From NCBI GenBank assembly GCA_964016885.1, contig OZ024753.1, forward strand, positions 10,602,001 to 10,666,000: 64,000 nucleotides of DNA, written 5' to 3'. Positions 1 to 11,059 of the stretch are shown in pieces. Each line of letters starts with the position of its first letter. The stretch's first letter is position 1. The position numbers and the translations under genes are program-made. The stretch comes from Eledone cirrhosa. Lineage: Eukaryota. The notes below the pieces were generated by a model. The model worked only from the letters and a program-made list of their open reading frames with translations. It had not been told where the DNA came from and ran no database searches.

Positions 1-168
1 ACCCTATTGAGTGCTTAGCTGCACACCGAGATTGCATTCGTTAGCTTGGCTGCAACCAGAGCTTCGATGATGCTGTACTAAATTGTATATATATTTTGGG
101 TCGTCAGGTATGAAATTTGTAGAAATTTGTTTTGTTTTTCTACAAATTTCATACTTGATGACCCAATA

Positions 169-223
<55 letters not shown>

Positions 224-331
224 TTTTATATATTGTTATTGCCTCCTCCCTATTGAGGACGCCTTGTTTTGTAAACTCCCCCCATTGTACTTGTCCCACT
301 TTTGATGCCCTTGTGGCAAATAAAAGAAACA

Positions 332-368
<37 letters not shown>

Positions 369-370
<2 letters not shown>

Positions 371-600
371 ATCACATAAGAAACGGAGAATCAGTGGTGC
401 GACGAATTACAATCGTTTCTCTGGGACCAGCTCGAGCTGGTCACCAGAGAAACGATTGTAATATGTCTAATAAATTCCATTCGTCGCACCACTGATTCTC
501 CGTTTCTTATGTGATATTATTCTCTGCTCTCTAAGAGCATCGAGTGCTCAAACGGTATACCGCTTACGGACGCTTTAAGCATCCCACGCCAATATTATAT
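369..600 (+). mobile_element. Family A fold-back element (nested palindrome with hammerhead 3' half and tail), putative Penelope-like/retrozyme-derived
   Basis: Outer arms ATATCACATAAGAAACGGAGAATCAGTGGTGCGACGAAT (~369-407) and its reverse complement (~478-516). Inner near-perfect palindrome ~405-461 contains GAAA-CGATTG-TA. Tail motif CATCGAGTGC at 538-547. Flanked by (TATC)n and TA-rich DNA. Confidence 0.55.
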
Positions 601-726
601 TTTTTCATTTATATATATATAATTTTGAATAATATTAAAAATTCCAGGAAAACTTTTACTGTTGAGTGCTTCCAATCTATTGTAAAATTGTATTCGTTGA
701 GTAATCAACGAACCATACTAATCTTT

Positions 727-776
<50 letters not shown>

Positions 777-777
777 G

Positions 778-948
778 TAGGTCCCGGGTTGAGTCAGGGA
801 TAACCACAGTAAGTAAGGTACTTAATACATGGCAGAGTAAATTTTTTTTTATTTTATAGAAGGAGCTTCTACAGGACTAGTACTGTTTCATTCAGATGAA
901 ATCTTCAGGAAGCTCGTAGAATGAAACAGTACTAGTCCTGTAGAAGCT

Positions 949-953
<5 letters not shown>
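778..953 (-). mobile_element. Family B hammerhead-bearing fold-back element between (TA)n tracts
   Basis: Homologous in reverse orientation to 9716-9895. Inverted arms ~859-894 and ~918-953. Bounded on both sides by (TA)n. Confidence 0.7.
863..915 (-). ncRNA. Type I hammerhead ribozyme motif (family B)
   Basis: Minus strand reads GAGCTTC-CTGAAGA-TTTC ATCT GAAT-GAAA-CAG TACTAGTC CTG-TA^GAAGCTC. Helix I is a perfect 7 bp, core CUGANGA/GAAA is intact, helix III has a palindromic loop, triplet is GUA. The first helix II pair is a non-canonical U-U. Confidence 0.65.
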
Positions 954-988
<35 letters not shown>

Positions 989-1371
989 CACAGAGAGAGA
1001 GGGGGAGGTAATATAAGATTATACTATATTTCGGTTGTTTTGCTCACAATTTAATATATGAATATATATATTTCACCTTTACTAGAATATCACTTGAATA
1101 TATAGACTCTCTCCTACCCAATCAATATTACTCCTAACATAGAAATATCCTCTTGAAATTTAACCTGAACCACCAATAACTTAAAACCATCTCAAAGGAC
1201 TAACTGAATCATAAATTTATCTTATTTCACTTCATTCTGTCACATTTTTCATTTCATTTTATCTCATTTCTATATTTCATATATTATATTTTGTCAAATA
1301 CAAACCAACGATGAATCTATAATATTTCATTTCATTTCGTTTCGTTTCATTCCATTTTATATATACTCTCT

Positions 1372-1498
1372 ACGCAGCATGGCCGAATGGTTAAAAGGAT
1401 CGCGTGTCATCTTGGGCAAGTGTCGTTTATCTTAGTCTCAGGTCGCCCCATGCTTTTTGAGTTATATTGCGTAAGCTAAAACTAGATGAAAGCTCGTC
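1372..1498 (+). mobile_element. Degenerate tRNA-derived SINE (second family)
   Basis: TGGCCGAATGG A-box-like head followed by CTTGGGCAAGTG...AAGCTCGTC; similar to the reverse complement of 2846-3003. Confidence 0.5.
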
Positions 1499-2041
1499 AG
1501 ATGATCTGAATTGAATCTGTAATTCAAAGGGCCAGCCTTGCTACACATTCTGCCATGCTGAATTTCCCTGGGAATACTGTTAAGAGAACTACTGCGTGCC
1601 TGTGAAATACTATATATAACTCAGATCTATTATCAATACTAAGCTTATACCCGTTAATAAGAAGGGCCCCTTTGATCCGCATATTATCCACGTTTCTCTC
1701 AGTGGCTTCTGTCTTGATGGTGTAATGGTAGCGCCGACAGGAATTTGATCATAAATCCGCTTGTTTAAAGCTAATTACGAATTTAACAACAATATTAAAG
1801 GATAAAAATCTCTCAGTATTATGTTTGAATTTTAATAGAATAAATGTGAATCTCAAATCGGCTTATTTTCATTACCGTGTTGAATATTTATGAGTTGGCA
1901 CTGGAAATTAAACATCTCTAAAGACAGACTTAAGAGGACATATCACTAACGTAGAATCGTTATAATCGAAGTTTTTGCTATCATTTTCCGCCTGAAATAT
2001 ATACTCACTCGTTAAGAATCACGCATATTCAATGGAAAATA

Positions 2042-2575
2042 CAATGGTGGTCCGAAAGTCTTGTCGCCCCCACCAAAAGAACCCGTGAGAAACAGTTTAT
2101 ATTCCCATCGCAGTATCGTCTTCTTCGGAGGAGCTGGTTTGCCAAATCTTGCAGTGAAGTCATGTCGCACATCCTCCATGCTCTTTCCAGAATGCAGACG
2201 ATCATGTGTCCATACATTTGCAAGCAGCCTCTCTTCCAAACTGTAGGAGCTTTGAAATAGAAAATTATATTATTATTATTATATATTTTGGCAGTATCGG
2301 TAGAGAGTCGGACGCCATACTTTCCAGCATAGTTACGTCCCTTTACGGACTGAGTTCAAAACCCGCCGAGGTTAACTTTGCCTTTCATCATTTCGGGGTC
2401 GATAAAATAAAGTACCAGTAATGCACTGGGTAATTGCTGGCCTTGTGCCAAAAGTAGAAACAATTATTATTATATATTATAATTAATGATATTATATTAT
2501 TATATTATTAAAACAAAAAATAATGAAAGTTAAAACAATATGTACAAGGGGTGACAAGACTTTCGGACAAGCATG
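2042..2575 (-). mobile_element. Internally deleted Tc1/mariner-type DNA transposon with N-terminal HTH (DUF4817-like) remnant and a nested SINE
   Basis: TIRs CAATGGTGGTCCGAAAGTCTTGTCGCCCC (2042-2070) and GGGGTGACAAGACTTTCGGACAAGCATG (2548-2575), each flanked by TA. ORF 2012..2239(-) encodes SMEDVRHDFTARFGKPAPPKKTILRWEYKLFLTGS, typical of a transposase HTH. Confidence 0.75.
2288..2472 (+). mobile_element. tRNA-derived SINE, main family (Deu/Nin-like central core)
   Basis: A box TGGCAGTATCGG, B box GAGTTCAAAACC, core GTTAACTTTGCCTTTCATC...GGGGTCGATAAAATAAAGTACCAG, tail GGCCTTGTGCCAAAAGTAGAAAC-(TTA)n; more than 10 copies in the window. Confidence 0.85.
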
Positions 2576-2845
2576 TATGTTACTAAAGAAAAGAGTGCAG
2601 ATAGATATAAACGGTTATTAATTATCTGTGAATGATGTATTAGTAATTCATTGAGGGGAGAGAACAACACCTGGTGGAGTATAATATTCTTTTACACTTT
2701 CATTAGACTGTGGCCATGCTGTGGCTCAGTTATGGGATAAATACACAGATATAGACGTAAACATAGACACGGAGGGACACACACACATACACACACATGC
2801 GACACGCAGCGCCACACACAGGGGGGCACAGAGGTACACGAGAAC

Positions 2846-3003
2846 GACGACGAGCTTCTGACCTTTCCGTCTACCAAATTGAACTCACATGTTATTGGTC
2901 GAGACAAGAAGAGTAAAAGATATTTTCTTCTGGTGCCTCGTAGCGGGATTGAACCTAGAAATATATGATTGCCGGGCGAACTTTTTAACCATAGAGCGAC
3001 ACC
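2846..3003 (-). mobile_element. tRNA-derived SINE (second family)
   Basis: Minus strand has a GGTTCAATCCC B box and TTTGGTAGACGGAAAG...GAAGCTCGTCG 3' part; related to 1372-1498. Confidence 0.6.
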
Positions 3004-3054
3004 TATTCCAGGGTCTATGTCTGCACCGATCGATTGGTTATTGATTAGGTGAAA

Positions 3055-3165
3055 CCCGCTGATGAAGCGACATGCGCCGATTATGCATTGTTGCATAATA
3101 TATGCAGACAGACGGTGCAGTGCGCCCTACTGCTGCGTTAAGTGTGGCCGAAACTCGAGTCTGGG
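3055..3165 (+). ncRNA. Type I hammerhead ribozyme motif with expanded helix II loop (family E; element ~3010-3312)
   Basis: CCCG-CTGATGA(3059-3065)-AGCGACAT...GTGTGGCC-GAAA(3150-3153)-CTCGAG-TC^TGGG. Palindromic helix III, GUC triplet, helix I CCCG/UGGG; helix II has two mismatches. TATTGAGTAC at 3247-3256 and (TA)n downstream. Confidence 0.6.
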
Positions 3166-3344
3166 ACTACTATAGGCACCCGTTTCCGGGTGTTGTATTG
3201 AAGCGAATAACTATGTGTATACTCTGGGAATGTATCCTAAATTACCTATTGAGTACGCTGAGATACAACCGGTCCTGGCATTGATAAATATGCTGGGTCC
3301 GTCAACTCCTTATTATATATATATGTATATATATATATATATAT

Positions 3345-3546
3345 AAATTAATAAAAACAATGAATAAAAACAAAGAACAAGTTCCTTATATTAAAATTTC
3401 ATCATTTTACGATCGTTTCTAGGATATATATTTGTGTTGGTATGTATATCATATAGATCTATGTAAAAATATTACAAACTATCAGAGGAAATATACATAC
3501 CTACACATATATATGCTGTCTTCAGAAATGATGAGATTTGTTTATC
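3345..3546 (-). mobile_element. Family D hammerhead-bearing element, copy 1 (ribozyme motif 3399-3534)
   Basis: Minus strand reads TCATCATTT-CTGAAGA-long hairpin-GAAA-CGATCG-TA^AAATGATGA with a perfect 9-bp helix I. Inverted homolog at 5279-5482. Flanked by (TA)n on both sides. Confidence 0.65.
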
Positions 3547-3573
<27 letters not shown>

Positions 3574-3577
<4 letters not shown>

Positions 3578-3720
3578 GTTTCTACGTTTGGCACGAGGCC
3601 AGCAATATTCAATGCATTACTGGTACTTTATTTTATCGACCCCGTAAGAATGAAAGGCAAAGTTAACCTCGACGGGATTTGAACTCATACCGTAAAGGGA
3701 CGTAACTATGCTGGAAAGCA
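3574..3720 (-). mobile_element. tRNA-derived SINE, main family (5' truncated)
   Basis: Reverse complement of the core and tail of 2288-2472. Confidence 0.8.
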
Positions 3721-3743
3721 TATATAATGTATGTATATATATA

Positions 3744-4765
3744 CTAGCTGAATTACCCGTGCCTTGCTGCGTTTCACACACTTTTTTTTTTTTTTGTAAG
3801 AAAACGATTATTGATTTTAAATCAGTGATATAATTTATGGAGAAAAACTCTGCATTTCAATATCACTCAATGTAAAATGTAATGCATGAAAAACATTGTT
3901 TGTAATATATCAAATCAAAATTACATTATCAAGTCTTATTCTTATTTTGTTTTTTGTAAATAATTTTTTTCAAAATATCAATTCAAAACTTGATCATTTC
4001 ATTTTTGTGTAAAGGATTATTTTCAAATTAGAAATTCAAAGTTTAATTATTTATTTTTTAACAGAATAAATACATGAAAATATATTTCATACTTTGTCCT
4101 AATGAAGAACTTCAGGGTAAACAACATTTCTTGACTGTCTAAAATGTAGGGGTTTTTTGAAGTTCCAGTCCTTGAAACAGCCACATAAAACATGCCATGA
4201 CTGAAACGTGGCTTTGTCAAATCTATACCAATAGTTTCGAAAGTTTGACCTTGACTCTTATTGATGCTAATGGCAAAGCATGGCCTCACTGGGAACTGCA
4301 GCCTCTTAAATGTAAAAGGCAACTCGCTATCACTTGGTGCAAGTGGAATCCTCGGAATGAGAAGAGCTTGACCTTTGTAAGCAATATAATGGTTGCTTCA
4401 ATCAAGTTCTCATGCTATCTTGTTCCAACCCATTTTGTTCTATTTATTGGCCAAAGTTTTCACTATACGGGTTTAACCCCCATTAGGGTGTCTTAATATT
4501 ATTGAAATTTACTGCAATTTTGTGAATAGGCATCATATCTTGTCATTTACTTATAGTTTCATATAAATCGAAGGGAAAGAATTTTCAGCGGGAGTTTGTG
4601 CCCCCGGGGAACCCTTTGATTAAAATGAAATATACTTATCCAAGTACCCTGGGCAATGTAGTTTCAGAATATATATAGTTATGGGGGGGGGGGTCTATCT
4701 CCAAAACCATAGGAGGAGTTTGTGAACAAACAAACAAACAGGAACTAGAACTTTATATATATAGA
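3744..4765 (-). mobile_element. Complete non-autonomous Helitron
   Basis: Minus strand begins A|TCTATATATATAAAG...TGTTTGTTTGTT and ends with a degenerate hairpin (GCAGCAAGGCACGGG) then CTAG|T. A/T insertion site with no TSD; carries a helicase remnant. Confidence 0.8.
4110..4415 (-). pseudogene. Helitron RepHel PIF1-type (SF1) helicase C-terminal fragment
   Basis: Translates to ENLIEATII / KGQALLIPRIPLAPSDSELPFTFKRLQFPVRPCFAISINKSQGQTFETIGIDL...FSHGMFYVAVSR, i.e. helicase motifs V and VI of Helitron/PIF1 proteins; frameshifted. Confidence 0.9.
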
Positions 4766-4786
4766 TATATATGCATGCATACAATG

Positions 4787-4870
4787 ATCAGGAAAGCCCT
4801 GGGCTTTCTCGATGATTTCTTTCGAATTAAACAGTGCTATTCCTTGTAGAAACCATTTCTATATTGAATT
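4787..4870 (+). mobile_element. Degenerate family B hammerhead element remnant
   Basis: GGCTTTCTCGATGATTTCTTTCGAATTAAACAGTGCTATTCCTTGTAGAAACCATTTCTATA aligns with 9762-9825. Confidence 0.5.
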
Positions 4871-4919
4871 TGGTAATCGTTAATAGTCTTATTAACGAAT
4901 ATCAAATTTCGTTAATAGT

Positions 4920-4959
<40 letters not shown>

Positions 4960-4962
<3 letters not shown>

Positions 4963-5159
4963 AGTGTCAGGACCCCGCCCGACGGCGGAGCTCTGGCCGT
5001 TTCGACCGCCAGATCCGAACGTTCGGATGTAGCTGTCGAAACGGCCGGAGCTCAGCCGTCGGGGTCCTGACTCTTTTTCTATTACCCACTCTACCACCCT
5101 AAGTATCAAGTACTCCAGTGCGTTATGGTCCACCTGGTTTCTTACCACACTTTCTTTGT

Positions 5160-5160
<1 letters not shown>
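4960..5160 (+). mobile_element. Family C fold-back element (long hairpin head plus ~90-bp tail) in (TA)n
   Basis: GTCAGGACCCC...GTTTCGAC-loop-GTCGAAACGGCCGGAGCTCAGCCGTCGGGGTCCTGAC, then tail with TATCAAGTAC (5104-5113). Homologs at 9535, 12788, 13050 and 56505. Confidence 0.75.
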
Positions 5161-5227
<67 letters not shown>

Positions 5228-5278
5228 AACCTGTTCCCAAACAGACCTTTTATATTAAATCTTTGTTGTTTTTTTTCA

Positions 5279-5478
5279 ATAAACAAATATCATTATTTCT
5301 GAAGACAGCATATATATGTGTAGGTATGTATATTCCCTCTGATAGTTTGTAAAAATTTTACATAGATCTATATGATATACATACCAACACACGCATATAT
5401 ATCCTAGAAACGATCGTAAAATGATGAATTTTTTAATATGAGGAACTGTTTCTTTGTTTTTATTCATTATTTTTATTA

Positions 5479-5482
<4 letters not shown>
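5279..5482 (+). mobile_element. Family D hammerhead-bearing element, copy 2 (ribozyme motif 5290-5427)
   Basis: TCATTATTT-CTGAAGA(5299-5305)-...-GAAA(5407-5410)-CGATCG-TA^AAATGATGA; inverted homolog of 3345-3546. Confidence 0.65.
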
Positions 5483-5545
<63 letters not shown>

Positions 5546-5589
5546 GATATTAAATAAATGGAAACTATATTTATAAAACCATATTTATT

Positions 5590-5652
5590 TCATTATACAT
5601 ATTTCAGGGATACCAAATTAAAATATGGTATGCCTTCATCAGACAAAATACA
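5590..5652 (-). ncRNA. Degenerate hammerhead-like motif (family F)
   Basis: Minus strand CTGATGA-AGGCATACC...GGTATCCCT-GAAA-TATG-TA. Helix II pairs at 8 of 9 positions; helix I is poorly paired. Confidence 0.4.
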
Positions 5653-5784
5653 ATATATAAACAGTTTTATAAATAATTTTGACGTACCCTATTAGATGCA
5701 ACCATTATTTTTGGAAGCTGTCTGGATAGTGAGATGTTTATAATTATTTTATTAGTTATAGTGTTAAGCACAGTTAGAAAAGGA

Positions 5785-5833
<49 letters not shown>

Positions 5834-6113
5834 GATAAATCTACCAAGAGTTTACGGTAGTGTCCAATTTTTATATATATATATATATATATATTCATTT
5901 AAATTTATTAATTTATTGATATTTTTTATCTGATTGTCCCGAATCTTCTGTTATCGATTTTTTAACGTGCGGTTGATTTTAGACTTGTTCTATGTGTGAC
6001 GGTATTTTAACGATAGTTATAGCTCTGATTTATCTGAATTATCGAGCCCTCTGCCGCTCATTTCGAATTTTGTTTATCGTGAACTCGTGCGCCGATTTTT
6101 CGATACTCGATCA

Positions 6114-6186
<73 letters not shown>

Positions 6187-6711
6187 CGAAGCTACAATAG
6201 TAACTCAAGAGGCTAGAGGGTTTGTGGAAAGTAACGTTACCAACTAAATCAAGAAGTTTCTCTTAGAAAGAAGCCAGATCATTTACCTTCAGTGTAATAG
6301 GCTCCATATATATTTATGTGTATTAAGAGAATTAATTTCGTATTTATATTCTTATTTTCGTCCTTGATGTTCCTGTTCCCTGATTTTAATGGAGGAGATT
6401 AGAAGACAATTTAAATGTCAGATGTAAAAGACTGGTAATTCCAAACTCTGCTGAGTAATTCCAAGTGAATTAACTAACAAAACAAACGAATATGGACATA
6501 GATAAGGAGAAAGGGCGAGAAAGACAGATCACCTAAGAAGACATTAATACAATGTTGTTTGTTTTTTTTGTTCTTACATAGGAGGGGTAGGGGGAGGGTG
6601 GGGTGAAGAGGAGGTGCAGAAGGTGGGGGGGGGGGATTTTGTATATTATGGAAATGTTGAAAGTCACCGCATTCGTGATGTATGCGGTCAACCACTTTAG
6701 CACTATCAGCC

Positions 6712-8182
6712 TCATCATCATTACCATCACCATCACCACCATCATCATCATCGCCATCACCACCATCACCACCATCATCATCATTACCATCATCATCATC
6801 ATCATCGCCATCATCATCATTACCATCACCATCATCATCACCACCATCACCATCATCATCACCGCCATCATCATCATCATCGCTATCATCATCGCCATCA
6901 TCATCGCCATGATCATCATCGTCATCGTCATCGTTATTATCGGCATCATCGGCGGCCATCAACACCATCATCATCATCTTTATGTTAATGACAACAGTGT
7001 TACAGAAGTGTTGTCGTCACTAATACCATTACAACCACCACCACTACTATCACCCACCACTACTATCACCACTACTATCACCACTACTACCTCCACCACA
7101 CTAACACCACCACACTGACACCACCACACTAACACCACCACACTAACACCACCACACTAACACCACCACACTAACACCACCACACTAACACCACCACACT
7201 AACACCACCACACTAACACCACCACACTAACACCACCACACTAACACCACCACACTAACACCACCACACTAACACCACCACACTAACACCACCACACTAA
7301 CACCACCACACTAACACCACCACACTAACACCACCACACTAACACCACCACACTAACACCACCACACTAACACCACCACACTAAAACCACCACACTAAAA
7401 CCACAAACACTAAAACCACAAACACTACCACTACTATCACCACTACTACCTCCACCACACTACCACTACCATCACCACACTACCTCCACCACACTACCTC
7501 CACCAGACTAACACCATCACACTAACACCACCACACTAACACCACCACACTAACACCACCACACTAACACTAAAACCACAAACACTACCACTACTATCAC
7601 CACTACTACCTCCACCACACTACCACTACCACTACTATCACCACTAGTACCTCCACCACACTACCACTACTATCGCCACCACACTAACACTAAAACCACA
7701 AACACTACCACTACTATCACCACTACCACTACTATCACCTCCACCACACTACCACTACTATCGCCACTACTACCTCCACCACACTAACACTAAAACCACA
7801 TACTACCACTACTATCACCACTACTACTATCACCACTACTACCTCCACCACACTATCACTACTATCACCACTACTACCTCCACCACACTACCACTACTAT
7901 CACCACTACTATCACCACCACACTAGCACTACTCTCACCACTACTACCTCCACCACACTAGCACTAAAATCACAAACACTACCACTACTATTACCACCAT
8001 CACCACCACCACCACCAACACCACGAACACTACCACCCACTCAACTACTACCACCACCTCAACTACTACCACCACCTCAACTACTACCACTACCACCACC
8101 TCAACTACTACCACTACCACCATCACCAACACCACCAACACCACAAACACCACCAACACCACAACCTCAACTCCTACCACTA
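6712..8182. repeat. (CAT/CAC/TAC)n low-complexity region including a 15-bp minisatellite (CCACCACACTAACAC) at ~7095-7400
   Basis: Direct inspection of tandem units. Confidence 0.95.
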
Positions 8183-8454
8183 CAAATGCCTCCTACTGCA
8201 TTCGTATATCTATCATTCTTTTATCACCCCTGACACTATTATTATCAACATTCCATACATCAACACTGCCACACCTTTACCCACCCCTACTTCTGCCCTC
8301 ATCATAAATCCTCTGCCCTTAAAGTTGCCTCCGTCACCACAACAATTACACATTCCTAAAACCCTATATCCACCTCATATGTATTGTAATCACCTAACCT
8401 TAACCCTAACCCTAACACCATCACACTAGAACAATTAAATGGTTGCTGGTAATG

Positions 8455-8785
8455 TATGTGACGAGGAGGGCGGGGTATATGTTTGTCACGAGGAGGGCGG
8501 GGTGTATGTTTGTGACGAGGAGGGCGGGATATATGTTTGTGACGAGGAGGGCGGGATATATGTTTGTGACGAGGAGGGCGGGGTGTATGTTTGTCACGAG
8601 GAGGGCGGGGTGTATGTTTGTGGCGAGGAGGGCGGGGTGTATGTTTGTGACGAGGAGGGCGGGGTGTATGTTTGTGACGAAGATGGCGAGGTGTATGTTT
8701 GTGACGAGGGAGGGCGGGGTGTATGTTTGTGGCGAGGGAGGACGGGGGTGTAGGTTTGTGGCGAGGAAAGCGGGGTTTATGTTTG
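8455..8785. repeat. 27-bp minisatellite (GTTTGTGACGAGGAGGGCGGGGTGTAT), about 12 copies
   Basis: Tandem unit visible; repetitive peptides with a 9-aa period in several frames. Confidence 0.95.
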
Positions 8786-9059
8786 TAGATTTAGATTCAA
8801 CAAACAAAGGGACACGGTTAAAACCAATAACAAAAGAAAAAAAAATGAAAGGCTAGACAAACAAACAAAATGGTCGCTTCTTTACCGGGGGTGTGAGGTC
8901 ATGTGGTGTCCAAAAGGTGATACTTCCGTTGTTAAAAACAGGTGAAAAAGGTTCATACCTTGCGGCATTAATAGATTATTTTCGATAACGAAAAAGAAAA
9001 AGGAATGAAATCAAAATAGAAAAACAATAACATCAACGGTAGTAGCAATTATAATAGCT

Positions 9060-9190
9060 TCCGGTTTAGACACTAAGCCAGCAAATTTTGAGAAAGGGGG
9101 AGGGAAGTCGATTACATCTACCCCAGTGCATTACTGGTACTTTATTTTATCGACCCAGTAAGGATGAAAGGCAAAGTTAACCTCGGCGGG
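9060..9190 (-). mobile_element. tRNA-derived SINE, main family variant (partial)
   Basis: ACTGGTACTTTATTTTATCGACCC...GGCAAAGTTAACCTCGGCGG core. Confidence 0.75.
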
Positions 9191-9356
9191 GTAAGTCTTG
9201 AGGGAGGTCTCTACATAGCTGTATGGCCTGCTAGTAACAGTAGCTGAATCTTGAGGGAGGCCTCTACTTAGCTGCTTGATATGATAGTAATAGTACCTAA
9301 AAAAGGGAAACATTTGATGTAGTCCAGGATACATTGTGTCAGAATAAGAACGGGAT

Positions 9357-9395
<39 letters not shown>

Positions 9396-9397
<2 letters not shown>

Positions 9398-9510
9398 CTC
9401 AGTCATCGGGGTCCCGACTCTTTACAATATAACCATATACACTACTACTTCAAATATCGATTACTCTGTTGAGCAAGGGTCTAACTAGTTTCAATCTGAA
9501 TCCATCCTCA
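9396..9510 (+). mobile_element. Degenerate family C-like tail
   Basis: GAGCTCAGTCATCGGGGTCCCGACTCTTT...TATCGATTAC resembles the family C right arm and tail. Confidence 0.45.
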
Positions 9511-9534
9511 TATATATATATATATATATATATA

Positions 9535-9669
9535 ACGAAGGAAATGTGGTAAGGAACCAGGTGGACCATAACGCACCGAAGTACTCAATACTTAGGGTAG
9601 TAGAGTGGGTAATAGGAACCAGTAAAACCCCGAAACGGCTTGAGCTCAGCCGTCGGGGTCTTACTGGTT

Positions 9670-9672
<3 letters not shown>
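9535..9672 (-). mobile_element. Family C fold-back element (collapsed hairpin)
   Basis: Reverse tail with GTACTCAATA (9581-9590) and arms AGGAACCAGTAA...TTACTGGTTCCT; between (TA)n tracts. Confidence 0.75.
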
Positions 9673-9715
<43 letters not shown>

Positions 9716-9716
<1 letters not shown>

Positions 9717-9895
9717 TAGCTTCTACAGGACTAGAACTCTTCATTCGAAGGAAATTATCAGAGCTTTCCTGATGATTTCCTTAGAATGTAATAGTTCTAG
9801 TCCTGTAGAAGCCATTTCTATATTAAATACTTATACTCTGCTATGTATTGAGTACCTTACTCACTGTGGTTTCCCCCGATTAAACCCGGGATACT
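9716..9895 (+). mobile_element. Family B fold-back element with two degenerate hammerhead arms
   Basis: Plus arm has CTGATGA(9769-9775)-TTTC CTTA GAAT-GTAA-...CCTG-TA^GAAGC, with GAAA mutated. Inverted arm ~9717-9761. Tail TATTGAGTAC 9846-9855; homologous to 778-953. Confidence 0.7.
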
Positions 9896-10202
9896 AACAC
9901 ACACAAATGTGTGTTCAAAATGGCTGAATGATCCGTGCTTTTTCTCCTATATGACATTTACTTAAAGTACCAGTAATACACTGGAATAATTGCTGGCCTT
10001 GTGCCAAAAGTAGAAACAATTATTATTCCTATTTCTTCTTCTCTCGCCCAAACACCACCACTTTCCTTCTCCTATCTTCCGATGAAAAGTACCTCCCGAA
10101 ACTATATGACTCTTTACCTTCTCTATCTGTCATTGAACTAATATATAATCGTTGTAGTGTTTTGTTCTCCTGTGTTGTTTGTCCTTGTTGATGTTTGTTA
10201 TA

Positions 10203-10243
10203 TACACACACTCACTCACGCACACAGACTCAGGGGCACACGT

Positions 10244-10306
<63 letters not shown>

Positions 10307-10740
10307 CACACGTACACATACAAACATGCAGACACACACATACATACACACACACATACACACACAGAGGCACACACACATGCACAAACAGGCACACACA
10401 TACACACACACACATACACACACACACACAGGCACACACACATGCACAAACAGACACACACACACATACATACACACACACACGCACAAACACATACGTA
10501 CACACACACACATACACATGCACACACACATATATATATATATATATATAACAAACAGGCACACACACATACATACAAATACACGCGCACAGATACAGGG
10601 GCACACACATTCCACACCACACAAACACACATACATACATACACACACATGCACCCCCCCCACACACACACACATGCACCCCCCACACACACACATGCAC
10701 ACATACACATGCATACACACATATATATAATATACATCAC
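10203..10740. repeat. Degenerate (CA)n/(TA)n microsatellite region
   Basis: Direct inspection. Confidence 0.95.
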
Positions 10741-11059
10741 ATACGTAAATATATACATAAATATGGCCAGTCAATCGTAAATTGTCGAACATCGTTCAAG
10801 TGAGATGTAAAGATATGAAGGGCAAAACAGAAGTGACCCCGTGAAAATTTGATGATGATGAATTGACTGTGAGTGCTTGGCTGGACTTTCTTCCCTCCGA
10901 GAATACAGACAATGTCTTACATACAATATACTTTAATATTTCTAATGAAACTGCACGTTGCAGTAGATCTGGCTAATAGACATGTGCATATTAGTACGTA
11001 TCTAGCTATGTATGTATGTGTGTATGTATCTAGCTATGTATGTATGGATGGATGTATAT

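Noticed and set aside
2288-2365. A and B boxes as a genuine tRNA gene
   Set aside because: No cloverleaf; always attached to the SINE core and tail in multiple diverged copies.
6655-6705. Small hairpin ACCGCAT...ATGCGGT as a possible miRNA
   Set aside because: Stem too short and no match to a miRNA family I recognise.
8393-8416. Telomere-like CCCTAA repeats
   Set aside because: Only about three imperfect units; too short to call an interstitial telomere.
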